A stretch of DNA of 64,000 nucleotides, taken from positions 109,184,001 to 109,248,000 of the forward strand of contig NW_024704742.1 in NCBI RefSeq assembly GCF_018977255.1, written 5' to 3'. The DNA comes from Callorhinchus milii (Eukaryota). A program made the translations under genes and the position numbers. The notes below the pieces were generated by a model. That model did not search any database. It had not been told where the DNA came from and was given only the letters and a program-made list of their open reading frames with translations. Within the stretch, counting starts at the first letter, position 1. Every line of letters starts with the position of its first letter. Shown here one piece after another: positions 1-12,600 of the stretch.

Positions 1-492
1 AGAATAGAAACCATTTTGTCCTCGCTTTTGTCCGCGCTGCGAGCGGCTCCAGGATGGAGATGGGAGGAATCACATTGTGATTGATTGACAGTAGACTCCA
101 GCCATTCATAAGCAGCTGGAGTTGGGCTATCAATCAATGAGGGAGCAGAGGACCGGGGAAGAAACAAGGGAGGGAATAGGAGGAGTCAAATCACAATTGA
201 TTGATACCTGGAGCTGTTTGTGAATGGGTGGAGCCATCCATTCACAAGCGGCTGCGGGCCGTCAGTCACCTCAGAGATGCCGCTAATTAGTCCCTTTCCC
301 ATCCAATGGGGACAGCAATGGGTGGGAAGAAGTAATTGAAGTTCGGTTACCCACCAATGTTGCTTAAGCCAGACAAAACTGGCGGTCACGATGTGTCATG
401 CTATACGGGCTTCTGCTCCAGTTCAATTTAGTTTGTTAAAATAACTGTTGAAAGTGTTTGAAGGGTCAATTTTTTGTCCTCCTTTTGCACAG

Positions 493-633
493 GCTGCTAA
501 AACATGGAGGCGCTTAATACAGATGAAACAAGATGATGGAGTTGGTAAGGAAGAACTGCATCAACTGTGGAAGAAGATAATTGAGATACTTTCAGACAAT
601 ATAGAGAATCAGGATAATGGGAGCCAAGAAATG
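493..633 (+). CDS. SKIC3: SKIC3 exon (AAKTWRRL...SQEM)
   Basis: cag|GCT ... ATG|gtaaac, 141 nt, phase 0-0. Confidence 0.9.
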
Positions 634-3600
634 GTAAACAAAAACACCTTGCATATATCGAGATGCACCAGTACAGCATTAATATCTAGTGACTATTGTG
701 TCGTGATACGAGGCAGAGAAGTGTTTCTTTTAATTGTTAGTTGCAATGCAAGTACTTGCAGTTTATGAAATTGAACCACCCTAGCAAAATACATTTTTTT
801 TTCTTTCTGTATTTCCTTATTTCTGTGATTTGTTTTTTTTGTTAAGCTGAGCTCTGTATTGATGATCTCTTTGGGGAATTTTTCAAATGAGACCAATGAA
901 CTGCTTTGGGGGCAATGAAACTAAATCCACATAGTTAACTTAGAATTTGAATGAATTCTCTTTAGATTTAAAGACCAAATGAGTAATATATTTACTATTT
1001 GCCTAAGGTAGTAAAGATAAATATGTTGTAAAAACATACATTCCTTTTGCAGGGTGAATTCAATCTGTTGAGTTCCTCACTTTGATTGAGAGGCTAGAAG
1101 GGAACCTGCTCACAGTTCTCTTCCAAATCTACTCTTGATGTGCTACTATGAAGTACACAAGGTCAGCCACAGGCAATGAATGCTCCCTCTCATTCCGTAA
1201 GAGGGTAACATAACATAAGAACATAAGAAATGCAAGATGAAAAAAGACCAAGGTCCACCTAGTTCATCTTCCAGGCATTCGCATGCACATATGTCCCAAA
1301 CTGTGTTTGAAAGAATCAACACTTCCTGCTTCAACCTTAGGGAGCCTGTTCCACAAGTTCACTATTCGCTCACTGAAATAGTGTTTGCATAGATTTGTTC
1401 TGAATTTTCCCCCCTTCAAGCGTAGGCCGTGTGCTCTAGTTTTACGATTCTGGATAAGTTGAACCAGCTTGTCATGATGTATATTGTCTTACAACTTTGA
1501 AATCTTAAAGACAGTAATCATGTCACCTCTCAATCTTCTCTTTTCCAGTGTGAACATGCCCAATTTACGTAGTCGCTCCTCATAGTCCGTTCCTTCCAAT
1601 CCCTCAATCATTTTGGTTGCTCTCCTCTGTATTTTCTCGATTTCTCCAATATCCTTTTTGTACTGCATCGGCCAGAACTGTACACAAGACGCTAAGTATG
1701 ATCTCACCAATAATTTAACCAGTAGCAGGATTACCCCACTATTTAGGCTTGCTATCAGTCTATTGATACATCTCAACATCTGGTTTGCTTTACTCACTGC
1801 CACAGAGGATTTTTGGGAGAGTTTCAATTTATTGTCAATCAGGACCCCCGGGTCCTCTTAATTTTCCATACATATTATTTTCCTTCTGTTCAAATTATAG
1901 TCCCTTCCAGGATTTTTTGTCCCCATGTGAAGTACTCTATTTCTCCACATTGAATTTGATCTGACACTGATCTGCCCAGTTCCCAAGTGTATTCAAATCC
2001 TCCTGTTGTTCAGTAATTCTGTGATTAGATTGAATGGGTTTCACCCACAAAATATACAGTCAATTCACTTTACAGTATATTCTGGGAAGCGTTTTGAGAC
2101 GTCTCAAAGACGTAATAAGGCGCTATATCAAATGGAAGTATTATTATCCTTGACTGTCCAGTACCTTGGGAAGACCTCCCAACATGAAAAGCGCTATACA
2201 AATGTAATTTCTTGGTGTTGTTTTATGTTGGTATGGGTGCCTCAATCTAATAATACGTTATTGTTTCTTGTGATTTTATCAGTTCTTGCTCTCTTCCCCC
2301 TCAAAAAATTGAATATAAAAAGCAATAGAATATTAATTCTAACGATGTGTGGGTATATGTGTGCATAGATACATATATCTATATAATGAAAATGATTAGT
2401 TATTTTAATAGCACATTTTAAGGTTTACATTGCTATTTCTTCACAATGCATTACTAATTCTTAATATTTCTTTCTGTAGTTAAGAACAACATTTGAAAAT
2501 GCTCTTTCTTCCCTGGACAAGATACCAAGTGATGAACATCAAAAGCTTTCCATTGAATACATTAAATTTTTAGCGAAAGTAAGATTATTAAAAAATGTTT
2601 TATACAGTACTATAGAAAAAATAAAAATTGCTTTGATGCTAATTATAGCCCTCACTCAGAGAAATTTGTATTGCACATGTGTGAGCATGATTTTTACTTT
2701 ACATTATGATTATCTTGAAATTTAACTTGGGTAACTTGTATGTTTCTTTGAGATAACATTTCTCAGTTTTTGAGAATGAAACTAATGTGTATATTTTTAA
2801 ACATTTTTGTTCTAGCTGCCACGGGAAGAAGACAAGCTGAAAGTAACCTGTGAGACGTTGATTACTCAGTATCCCAATTCATTTACTCCACTCGAAGTGC
2901 TCAGCATGTACTTCATCCATACAGGTAGTTTAGTCTCATTTGGGACATTCTGATAGCTGTAAAATCTTAATTTATTTGACTGTTGAAGCCTGTTAGTTGA
3001 GTGGAGTTGCCACAGCAAATCTGGAGCATGTTGTGTTCTCACACAATAATGGTTAGAAGAGAAGATGGAAAAATTTACACTGTTCCGAGAGATATGGCTA
3101 AAGAGCATTGTTAAGAAGCCCTTAATCTGCATCTCTCTGTCTATAGTGATTTAAGAACGCTAGATTGTGACATTGAGTATGAAAAATGGAGAAGAACTCT
3201 ATTCTCTAACAGTGGCCCAATTCAATTGCTCAGTTCACGAATAAAGCATCATAATACTGTACTTGCTGCACCTCATTACTTTTCTGCTCATTGCCTCTAA
3301 AATCTTTCATATTGTCATTCCTCACTTCAGGAGCAGGTAGACGCAACATATTTTCTGATATAACTAACCAGTTAGTAGTATCAACTTCAGATTCTTATAA
3401 AATGGCTGACGGGATTTGACTGACTTACGAATTGTTGCTTTCCATTCAACCACCTCACCTATCAATGCACCTACATTTTGACTTGTTGCTTAACATATTG
3501 TGCTCAAACTTAACGTTTGATTTGACCCTCAGCTCTCCTTCCTCTTAGACTACTTATCAAGACAATTGTTTTGTAATTTCGCCGCATCATATTGTCTGCC

Positions 3601-6600
3601 TTCATCCCTATCTTAATCCCAATGTTACTGAAACCCTCATCTTATACCTTCATCACCTCTAAATTCGACATCTCAAATGTAAAGCTCCCCATAACATTGC
3701 TGTACACGAAGGGCTTCATATAAATGCAAGTTGTTTCATCCATTTAATAGTCTGCATTACTAAAATAGTACCTTTTCCTTAAACAGACTGCATTAGTGAA
3801 GAAGCGGTGGAATGTTTTACAAGACTTAATAAGATGGAACCAAATAATGGGCCTAGCCTTATTGGACTTGGAATAAAAGCAATGCAAGAAAAAAAATATG
3901 AAGAAGCAGCAAAGAGCATTACTGAAGGTATTTCTCTGAGAGCAAAGCTCAGCATCAAAAATGTTGCTTGTGTAGTTGTATAGTTTATGATAACTTCTAA
4001 TTTATGACTTTCAATCTTCTAAAATGGATCTAAATGATTACTCTTTCTTTGTGCTGTTTACGGATGACTCTTCCTTAGAATTTTGTGCTTAAATCCTGAT
4101 GTATTGACTTTTGGGGCACTGTGTTAATTCAGTACCTCGATGGCCTGCATGATTGGGTTCAAAACCAAGCTGATTGATGGCGTGTAGACAATGTCCCTGC
4201 TAGCTGTATTGGTTGGAAATTTGTGCTGGTTCTCAACTGAGTCCCAATTATCCAGAAGATGAAGCAGGTTTTCATAACTTATAATAAAATAAATAATAAT
4301 CCTTGCATTTGATATAGGGCTTTTCATGCCTTTGAGATGTCTTAAAGCGCTTCACAGAATATACTGTAAATTGAATTGACTGTATATTTGTGGGCGAAAT
4401 GTGGCAGCCAATTGCACACAGCAGTGTCCCACAAACAGTTAGTCTCATTTAATGACCAATAAAGATGGATACTGCAGGAAGTAGAAACAAATCACTATCT
4501 CTGATTGAGGTCCAAGCAAAGTGGATAGAACTTTACTCTTAGTCATTCTACAAAATATCTCTATGCCTGGAATTGAAAATTTCATCAATACCCAAGCATT
4601 GATATTTCACTGTAAATAACTCTAAACAAACTCAAATATAAAGCAATGAAAGTTCTTGTAATCAAGTGATGTGTACTTAACATTCAACTTTTTTAAAATA
4701 TGACTTTTTTAAATATTAAATTTTTAAAAAATATGACTGTTTGTGGTACATAGCTGTGCGCAATCAACTGCCGAGATTTTTCTCACAAAATACACAGTAA
4801 CTACATTTTACAATATATTCTGTGAAGTGCTTTAAGCCGTCTCAATGAAATGTTAAGGCGCTGTATCAACTGCAAAGATTATTATTACATGATAATGGAT
4901 AGAATCAACATTCTGTGGTGAATTAGCTCCAACTTTTTTGAGGAACAAATGAAGCTTTTTTTGAGTGTTCTGCTAACCTTTCTAAAAAGACTTTGACTGT
5001 ATGGTTCTGCAATTTATGTATCTTATTCTCTATTGCAAAAGGCATTAATTTATAAAGGTCAAAATTAATACTGATTGATCTGTTTTCTTTGCCCATTTTG
5101 TACCTCTGCCGTTGGCAAGGATTCTGAAAGTAGTGCTGTTGTGTTTCAGGGTTAAAGGAGGCACATTCAGCTATTGCAGCTTGGTTTTACTTAGGACAAG
5201 CCCAACTACGTATGCACAGATATAAAGAGGCAATCAGTGCTTGCAGGCATGGTAAGATGTAAGATGCTTGTTTGTATGAAATTCGTAAAAAAGAAACTTG
5301 GATTGATTGCATATGAAACGTGTTATGTGTTATAGTTTACAGTACAAGAGAAGCTGTATTGAAAATTAGTTTTTTGTGTGCATTTGTGTATGAATACAAT
5401 ATTTGCGCTCGTGCAATTTGTATTTTCTGCCCTTTTTCCTTAAATTGAATGGATCCAGCATCCATACCCTTTGTTGGAGAGAGTTCCAGATTCACACTAC
5501 CCGTTTGGCGAAAAACTGCTTGATTTCACTTCTAAGTGGCCTAGTTCTGATTTTAAGATCATGTCCATTGTTCTGGATTCCCCAACAGAGGAAATAGTTT
5601 CTTTGTATCTACCCTACCTAATCCCTCTATTATTTTAAAAACCTAATTAGATGACCCATGAAACTCCTAAACTCAGGGAAATAGAGACCAAGTTCATACA
5701 ACCTTCCCTCAAAAACAAAAAACAATAATAAATTGGTCATTTTCAATCCACGACTGTTTGTGGGACACTGCTGGGCAAAATTGGCTGCACGTTTCGCCCG
5801 CAAATATACGGTCAATTCACTTTACAGTATATTCTGTGAAGCGCTTTGAAACATCTAGAAGATGTGAAAAGCGCTATATCAAATGCAAGGATTATTATTA
5901 TTAATTTAATCCTTTAAGCCCTGGTATTCATTCTGGTGAATCTGTGCTGCACCCCCTCTAGAGCCAATATATCCTTCCTGAGGTGCGGTGCCCAAAACTG
6001 AACACAGTCTCCAGATGGGGTCTGACCAAAGCTCTGTACGGTTGAAGAATCATTTCCTCTCCTTTATATTCCACCCTCCTTGAGGTAAAGGCCAACATCC
6101 CATTAGCCTTTTTGATAATTTTTGTACCGGTGAGCTTGTTTTTAGTGTATTGTGTGCATGGACAAATCCCTTTGCTCCTCCATAGTTCTTAGTTTCTCAC
6201 CATTTAGATATTTTTTTGTCTTTTCCATCGTTTGAAAGTTGGTGGAACTTTGGCAAGAATCCATGCCCTTACACTGTATTATCGTGTGTTGATGATCAAA
6301 TGAATTGTGCCTTTTATATTAAGTGTATAGCTTTAAACATTCACAGTAAATAAATAAATTGAACCAGCTTTATATGTTTGCAGTGGAGAATGATTTTTAA
6401 GATCGAGCTGTAATTTAGTAGATATCACTTCTGCATATTCTTTTTGGATAGACCACATTTCAAACTCATTGGTACATCTCCCAGAAGATCGAGTTTAATA
6501 TCCTTGCCTCACCTTTAAAGCCCTCCACGTCTTGCTCAGCCCTACCTTTGTGACTTCCTAAAACCCTACCAATCTGTCCTTTCCCTCCACTCGGCAGGTA

Positions 6601-9600
6601 CTGGCCTGCTCCACATTTTTCTACTTGCCCTCTAGAACTTCATCCCAGAGTTGTCAGCCATGGCCCCTCCCTTCAAGGGCTGTCTCAAGATCTTCTTCGG
6701 CTACGCCTTCGGTCACCTTCCCACCAACATGCCTTGTCCTTCATCCCTCTCGACTCCAGCCTGCAGCTCGGGTGCAAACCGTTGACTATCCAGCACCTTT
6801 AGGACATCCTACTGATATGAAAGGCATTATATAAATGCAAGTTGCAGTTGTAATAAGCTGTATGTTTAGAATTCACCATCAAATTTTCAACTTATTTTGG
6901 GTGGTTTATCCACAGGTTTGAAGTTGTTGGCAAGCAATATCCATGATGGTAATATTCATGACAGAACCAGATTGCTTCGTTTGCAAGCAGAAGCCATGGT
7001 CCGTTCTGGTGATCCAGCCAATGCTCAAGAAGCTTTTGGCGTCTTGGAACAGGTACCACCATGCTGTTACAGATTGTAGTGCTGCGCTCTTTGCTCAATT
7101 TAAAATGATTGTGATTTTGAACCATGTTCAAATTGTAATCTTGGTACTTGTGGTACCAATAATAATCTCTAGTTTTTTATTTACATTGCTTTGATTTGAA
7201 CCTTTCTACATTATTGAAAAACAGATTGGTTGGTGGTTTTGCAATTCTTAACCAATCCAGTCAAAATGTATATTATGCATTTGTATCTTGATTCGTTATT
7301 AATGTGCTGATTCTGTAAGTTTGGAACTAGTCTCCATAATGCAGGATTTTCATATGTTATCAATGACTATTAAAAAATAATTAGAATTTGCTAAGATAAG
7401 AATTGATATTGTCCAGAAAGCAACCAACTACTCTTTTTGTAATACTATTTTCCAGATTTTGGACACCAGTGAACCAGCCTTGCTTGCTATTAAGGGCCAA
7501 GCTTATTTGAACAAGGGACTGATTAAAAAAGCATTAGAGGTGAGTTCATTTTTAATTGACTTGTTTTTTAAGTGATTTGCTAGTCAAGTTTAATATAAAT
7601 TTAATGCACTTAATAATCCGATTCTGTTTTTTATTTGTTCACATCTTCAAGTAACTAAACAATTTTTTTGAATACTTGTTTTAAACAAACATTTTTGAAT
7701 CAATACAACGTTAAAATTGAAATTTCAGGAACTTTATTAAGAAATTGTGATTGTAATTTTTCTCATTAGGTGTACCTGACTTTTTTCATTAGTATCAGTA
7801 AAATTTATATTACACGGATATCAAAATGTTTTTTTTAGAAAAACAATTTCATGTCTTAGGTTCTCTGCTTGGTTGAAGGTTGACTATAATTTTTCCTACT
7901 TTGGTTTGGTAGATTGTAGAAGATCTTGTTGTTTCTCATCCTGAACTAGCTGAGACATGGGTACTCCAAGGCCTTATAAATAATACTCTAAAACATTACC
8001 TTCAGGCAGAGCAAAGGTAAGAATGGTCATTTAACTGTTTTAATATAATGTGCACTTACAATGTGAAACTATATTTTGCTAATTTGTAAATGGATATTTC
8101 AAGTTTTATATTGCATAATCAAGTGGAACCAATTCATATTGCTTGTTCACAACATTCATTCTGTCGAGGATTAGTACGTTTGGAAGATCAAGGCTCCAAT
8201 AACACATGTAACCTTCCAAATCCCATGAATCAACAACCATAATAACAATAAATTACATATATATAACACCTTTCAGGTTAGAAGAATGTCACATGGTGCT
8301 GGATACAGTTAAAGATTTGCACCTGAGCTGGGGATTGGAATCAAGAATGGGGTTGGAGGGGAGATAAACCACAGAAGGCTGGTCAATCACATGTAAGGTA
8401 TTGGTGTACAAGAGTGCAATTTATTCAGTTTCACTTTACACCAGGTTTATCACCTAGAGTCATCTCAACCTTACTTTGCCTCCTCTACAAAGGAATCATG
8501 CATTATGTTATTGTAAGGATTACTGTTTCAGAAATATTCACTTAATATGAACTTAATTGTATTCTTACTGGAAAACAAATCAAGCAAAGTAATATTTTGA
8601 TGCATTTCTCTCCAGTTTTCAGAAAGCTGTTAAAATAAAAGGAGACTGTGGAGAATATTACTATTACCTTGGACAAACATACTGGTCTATGGGAGAAGAG
8701 ACTAGAAAAGACAAGACAAAAACTGTCACGCATCTGCTAAAGGTTTGTGAAAAACCCACTACTGTACAATAATATCTTCCATTGTACAATTTCTATAAAC
8801 AGGCTTATTCAAGAGATTTAGCAACAACTTGCATTTAAATAGCCTAACGGCATCCCAAAGCACTTAACAATGGCGGAGCCCGATGCCGGCTAGGAGGAGA
8901 GGGAGGGTGACTATAGGTATGTTCAAAGAGGAAGGTCTTCAGGTGCAACCTGAAAATGGAGAAAGGGGGTAAGGCAAAGGGATTGAGGGAAGGGAGGGAG
9001 TTCCATAGCTTTGGGGCGTAGTGGCTGAAGGCATGGTTGTAGATGGTGTAATGGAGGATTCGAGGGATAAGGAAGAGGCTGGAGCCAGTAGAGCGGAGGC
9101 AGGGGGTAGTGCTGTGAGGGGAGAGAAGGTTGGAGAGATGGGGGGTGCCTGCAAAGGCGGGGAGGCATTTAAACACTAGAGTGAGGATCTTGAAGTTGAT
9201 CTGCTCTGTGACATGGGTGCGGAGTTTAGTGCGGGTAAGAATGTGGGTGGCAGAGTTTTGGATGAGTTGAATTTTGTGAATAGTGGAGGAGGGAGACCGG
9301 CGAGGAGGGCATTTGAGTAGTCCAGCCGAGAGGCGTTGTCACAGAGGTTGTTTTCTGAATACATCTTCACATTTCTTTCCTGAAATCTAGCAGCACTGGA
9401 CACCCTCCAGTCTAGTCTCCTTAAGATTGGGTGCCCAAAACTGAACAGTACTCCAAATGAGTTCTGACCAGCACTTAGATTAATACCTGGGTTGAAGAGG
9501 TTTAGCTATGATGAGAAGCTGTGTAGACCTGGGTTATATTCATTTGAGCAGAGGGATTTAAGGGGTGATTTCATAGGGGTATTTAAAACAATGAAAGGAA

Positions 9601-12600
9601 TTGACAGGCTAGATCTAGATAGTGGATGCCTCTTCCCTCTTGTAGAAGAATCTATTATATGGGAGCATAGACTTTAAATCAGAATTAAAACTGTTAGAAC
9701 TGAGGTCAGAAAACATTTTTTTCACACAGATTTTTGTGAATATGTGAAATCTAGAGATGGTATCAATAACTATTTTTTAAAAGAAAGATAGACAGATATT
9801 TGGTTACGAGGTAGTAAGAAACCTGGTGAAAGAACATTGGGATTAACAGATCTTCTAAAATCTAATAACTGGCTTGCTGGATTAAATGGCCTCCTGTTTC
9901 CTTGAACATATTCAAGACTGATATTCATAGATTTCTTATGGATAAAGGGATTAAGGAATATGGGGATAAGGCGCGTAGTTGGAGTTAGAATAGATCAGCC
10001 ATGATCTTATTGAATGGCGGGGCAGGCTAGAGGGGGCGAATGGCCTACTCCTGCTCCTTCTTCTTATGTTCTTATGTTCTGTTCCTCTAATGATGATGTA
10101 GAGACTACTATTAGAGATCAGGAAAACTCTATAAACAGAATTAATGGGAATATTTTCCCTTTTACATGGTCAGTATCGTAGAAATTCTATCCCACAGATT
10201 TTCATAAAGTTTTTATTTATTTCCACCATCGATTAGCAAGAAGTGAAGGAAATGGGTTTAATTATTTTTATTTACATTTTGCTTCCGGTGCAAATTCTAA
10301 TACAAATATAATGCAAATTTACACTTATATACCGCCTTTCAAGTCAAGAGGTCATTAGGTGTTTGTGTGGTGTGAGTTTGACTTGTGTGCTTTGAACTCT
10401 TCTCTCCAAATGAATTTCCAAACAAAAAAGCATTCTAATAGTTGGAATATGATGTGATATTCCATAAAATCGAAGCTGAAAAATATTTTGGAGAAGCGTT
10501 GTCACCATCTATGAATAGCTTTAAATAATTCAATTAATAAAACATCTTTCTCAAACCTCCACACGTATGAAAAAAAACCAAGGAAACTTGTCAAACTCTA
10601 GGTCATCAAGTTGCTGCTGATGTCACCAATGCTTCCTGTGCATAAGTGCACATGGCCATCAGATTTAAGTCAGCCACATTTAGCGTAAGAAGTTGACTAG
10701 TTAGTGTTGGAGACCAGGGCTCCTATGATTCTGGTTAGCGTGGTCTACAGTAGACCCCATGCCTCCAATCACCTTTATCCTCCTATTTTTTCCTGTGTTC
10801 AAATGCAAGACCTGTTCATTATGATTCTTCTTTGCTTTTGTCAATTCTAGGCTGCAAAGTTAGATTCGTACAATGGAAAAATATTCTGCTACTTGGGCCA
10901 CTACTATCGAGATATTGCACTGGATAAAAACCGAGCCCGAGGTTGCTACAGGAAAGCCTTTGAACTGGACAGCAGTGATGAAGATGCTGGAGCAGCAGCT
11001 GTTGATCTAAGTCTTGAAGTTGGAGATATGGTACAATACACACTTGTCATACACTGAACTTTATATTTAAAACCTGTAGGATTGTTTCCCGCTGCATGCG
11101 CTCCTTGTGTTTTTATTAGCTAGAATAAATATTTTCTATAAATGTTTATTATTGAAGCAGAAAATTAAAATTGTAATTAGTTTCTTTAGTCACTCTATTC
11201 ATCAATACATGTTCAGTTCCATTGCTTATTATCATTTTTTAAAATATTTGCAGATGACTATTTTGAAGTCTATTCAATCTTTTTTTCAACCTTTTTTAAA
11301 TTTCCAACTGACCTTCCAAATTTTTTTTAAAAAAGGGCATTAAGATTAAGCATTTTGCCCAAATGTGTGTTTCTCATTGTTATAATGTCAATCAGGACAA
11401 TGATTCATTCTCAGGGCAAGGTTCCCTGAGTACTAGTAGCTTTCATTAGTTATTCTTCAGTTGTGAACCGATGCAAATATAAGTGGCTACACTTTATTAA
11501 ATCCTGAAAAGCATTTTGAAGCATTCTTCAGACATGAAAGCCACTCTCCCAAATGCAAGAATTTTATGACAGTTCCTATTTGCCTCCATCTGATAGTTCT
11601 TACAGATTTAATATTTGTGCAAGTCCTACCCTCAGTTTATATTATGTAGAAAAACATTATGAATGTTCTCATAAACTTTCATTTTTTTAGGATACCGCTC
11701 TTGTAATTCTGAGAGCAGTGACTGATAAGGCAAGTGCTGGGGCAGCCAAATGGGCTTGGCTTAGACGAGGACTTTACTACATGAGGATCAACCAGTGCAC
11801 CCAAGCTATTGCAGAGTAAGATATTCTAACTGCTTTGAGATTACAGATTTAGTGTTTAAAATATGGGATAGTTTGTAATCTGTATATATTTAGACATTTA
11901 TATTTATAGTGGAGGCCTTTCAGAGAATATTGAGCAGTGTTGTAACTTGTCATTGTGTATTATTGACCGTGCCTCTTATTCTCTTTGACCGTGCCTTCAG
12001 CTCCCCTCTCGACTCTCTTCCCCCTCCTCGCTCCCTCCCTTCCCTCCCCTCACCCTGACCATTTTCCCCCTGCTCGGGTCATGACCCAACTGTGCAGCGC
12101 CTTGGGACGTCCTCCTGACGTGAAAGGCGCTTTATAAATGGAATCTTGTTGTTGTTGTTGTTATTCTTCTGCTACTTGTGCATAAGTAAGATAAATCAAT
12201 TTTTTAAATCTGCATTGAGAATCACAAAATATTACTTTTACTTGTAGATTATGTGAACTATTACTTTTCTGCAGAATCATAAGATGTTAGTGCTTTAATA
12301 TTTAGAGATCATGCAGATCCTAGAAATTGCGATCTTAAAAATCAACCTTAGTGAAAACAAAAAGCTACCTATTGTCAAATTCAAAAAATGTTGGATCAAC
12401 AACAACAAAATTACATTTGTAAAGCGCTTTTCATGTCGAGAGGATATCCCAAGGCCTGGACAATCAGTGTTTCGGATCCGAGCTGGGGGTTGAGATCAGG
12501 AAGGATGGAGAGCGGTGGGGATGGAGGGTAAAGGAACGCACGGTCGAAGAGGAGGGTCTTGAGATGGGTCTTGAAGGAGGCAAGGGAGGGGGCGAGGCGG

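Noticed and set aside
80..268. H/ACA snoRNA reading of the double hairpin
   Set aside because: The hinge is too long, there is no ACA box 3 nt from a plausible end, and no clear pseudouridylation pockets
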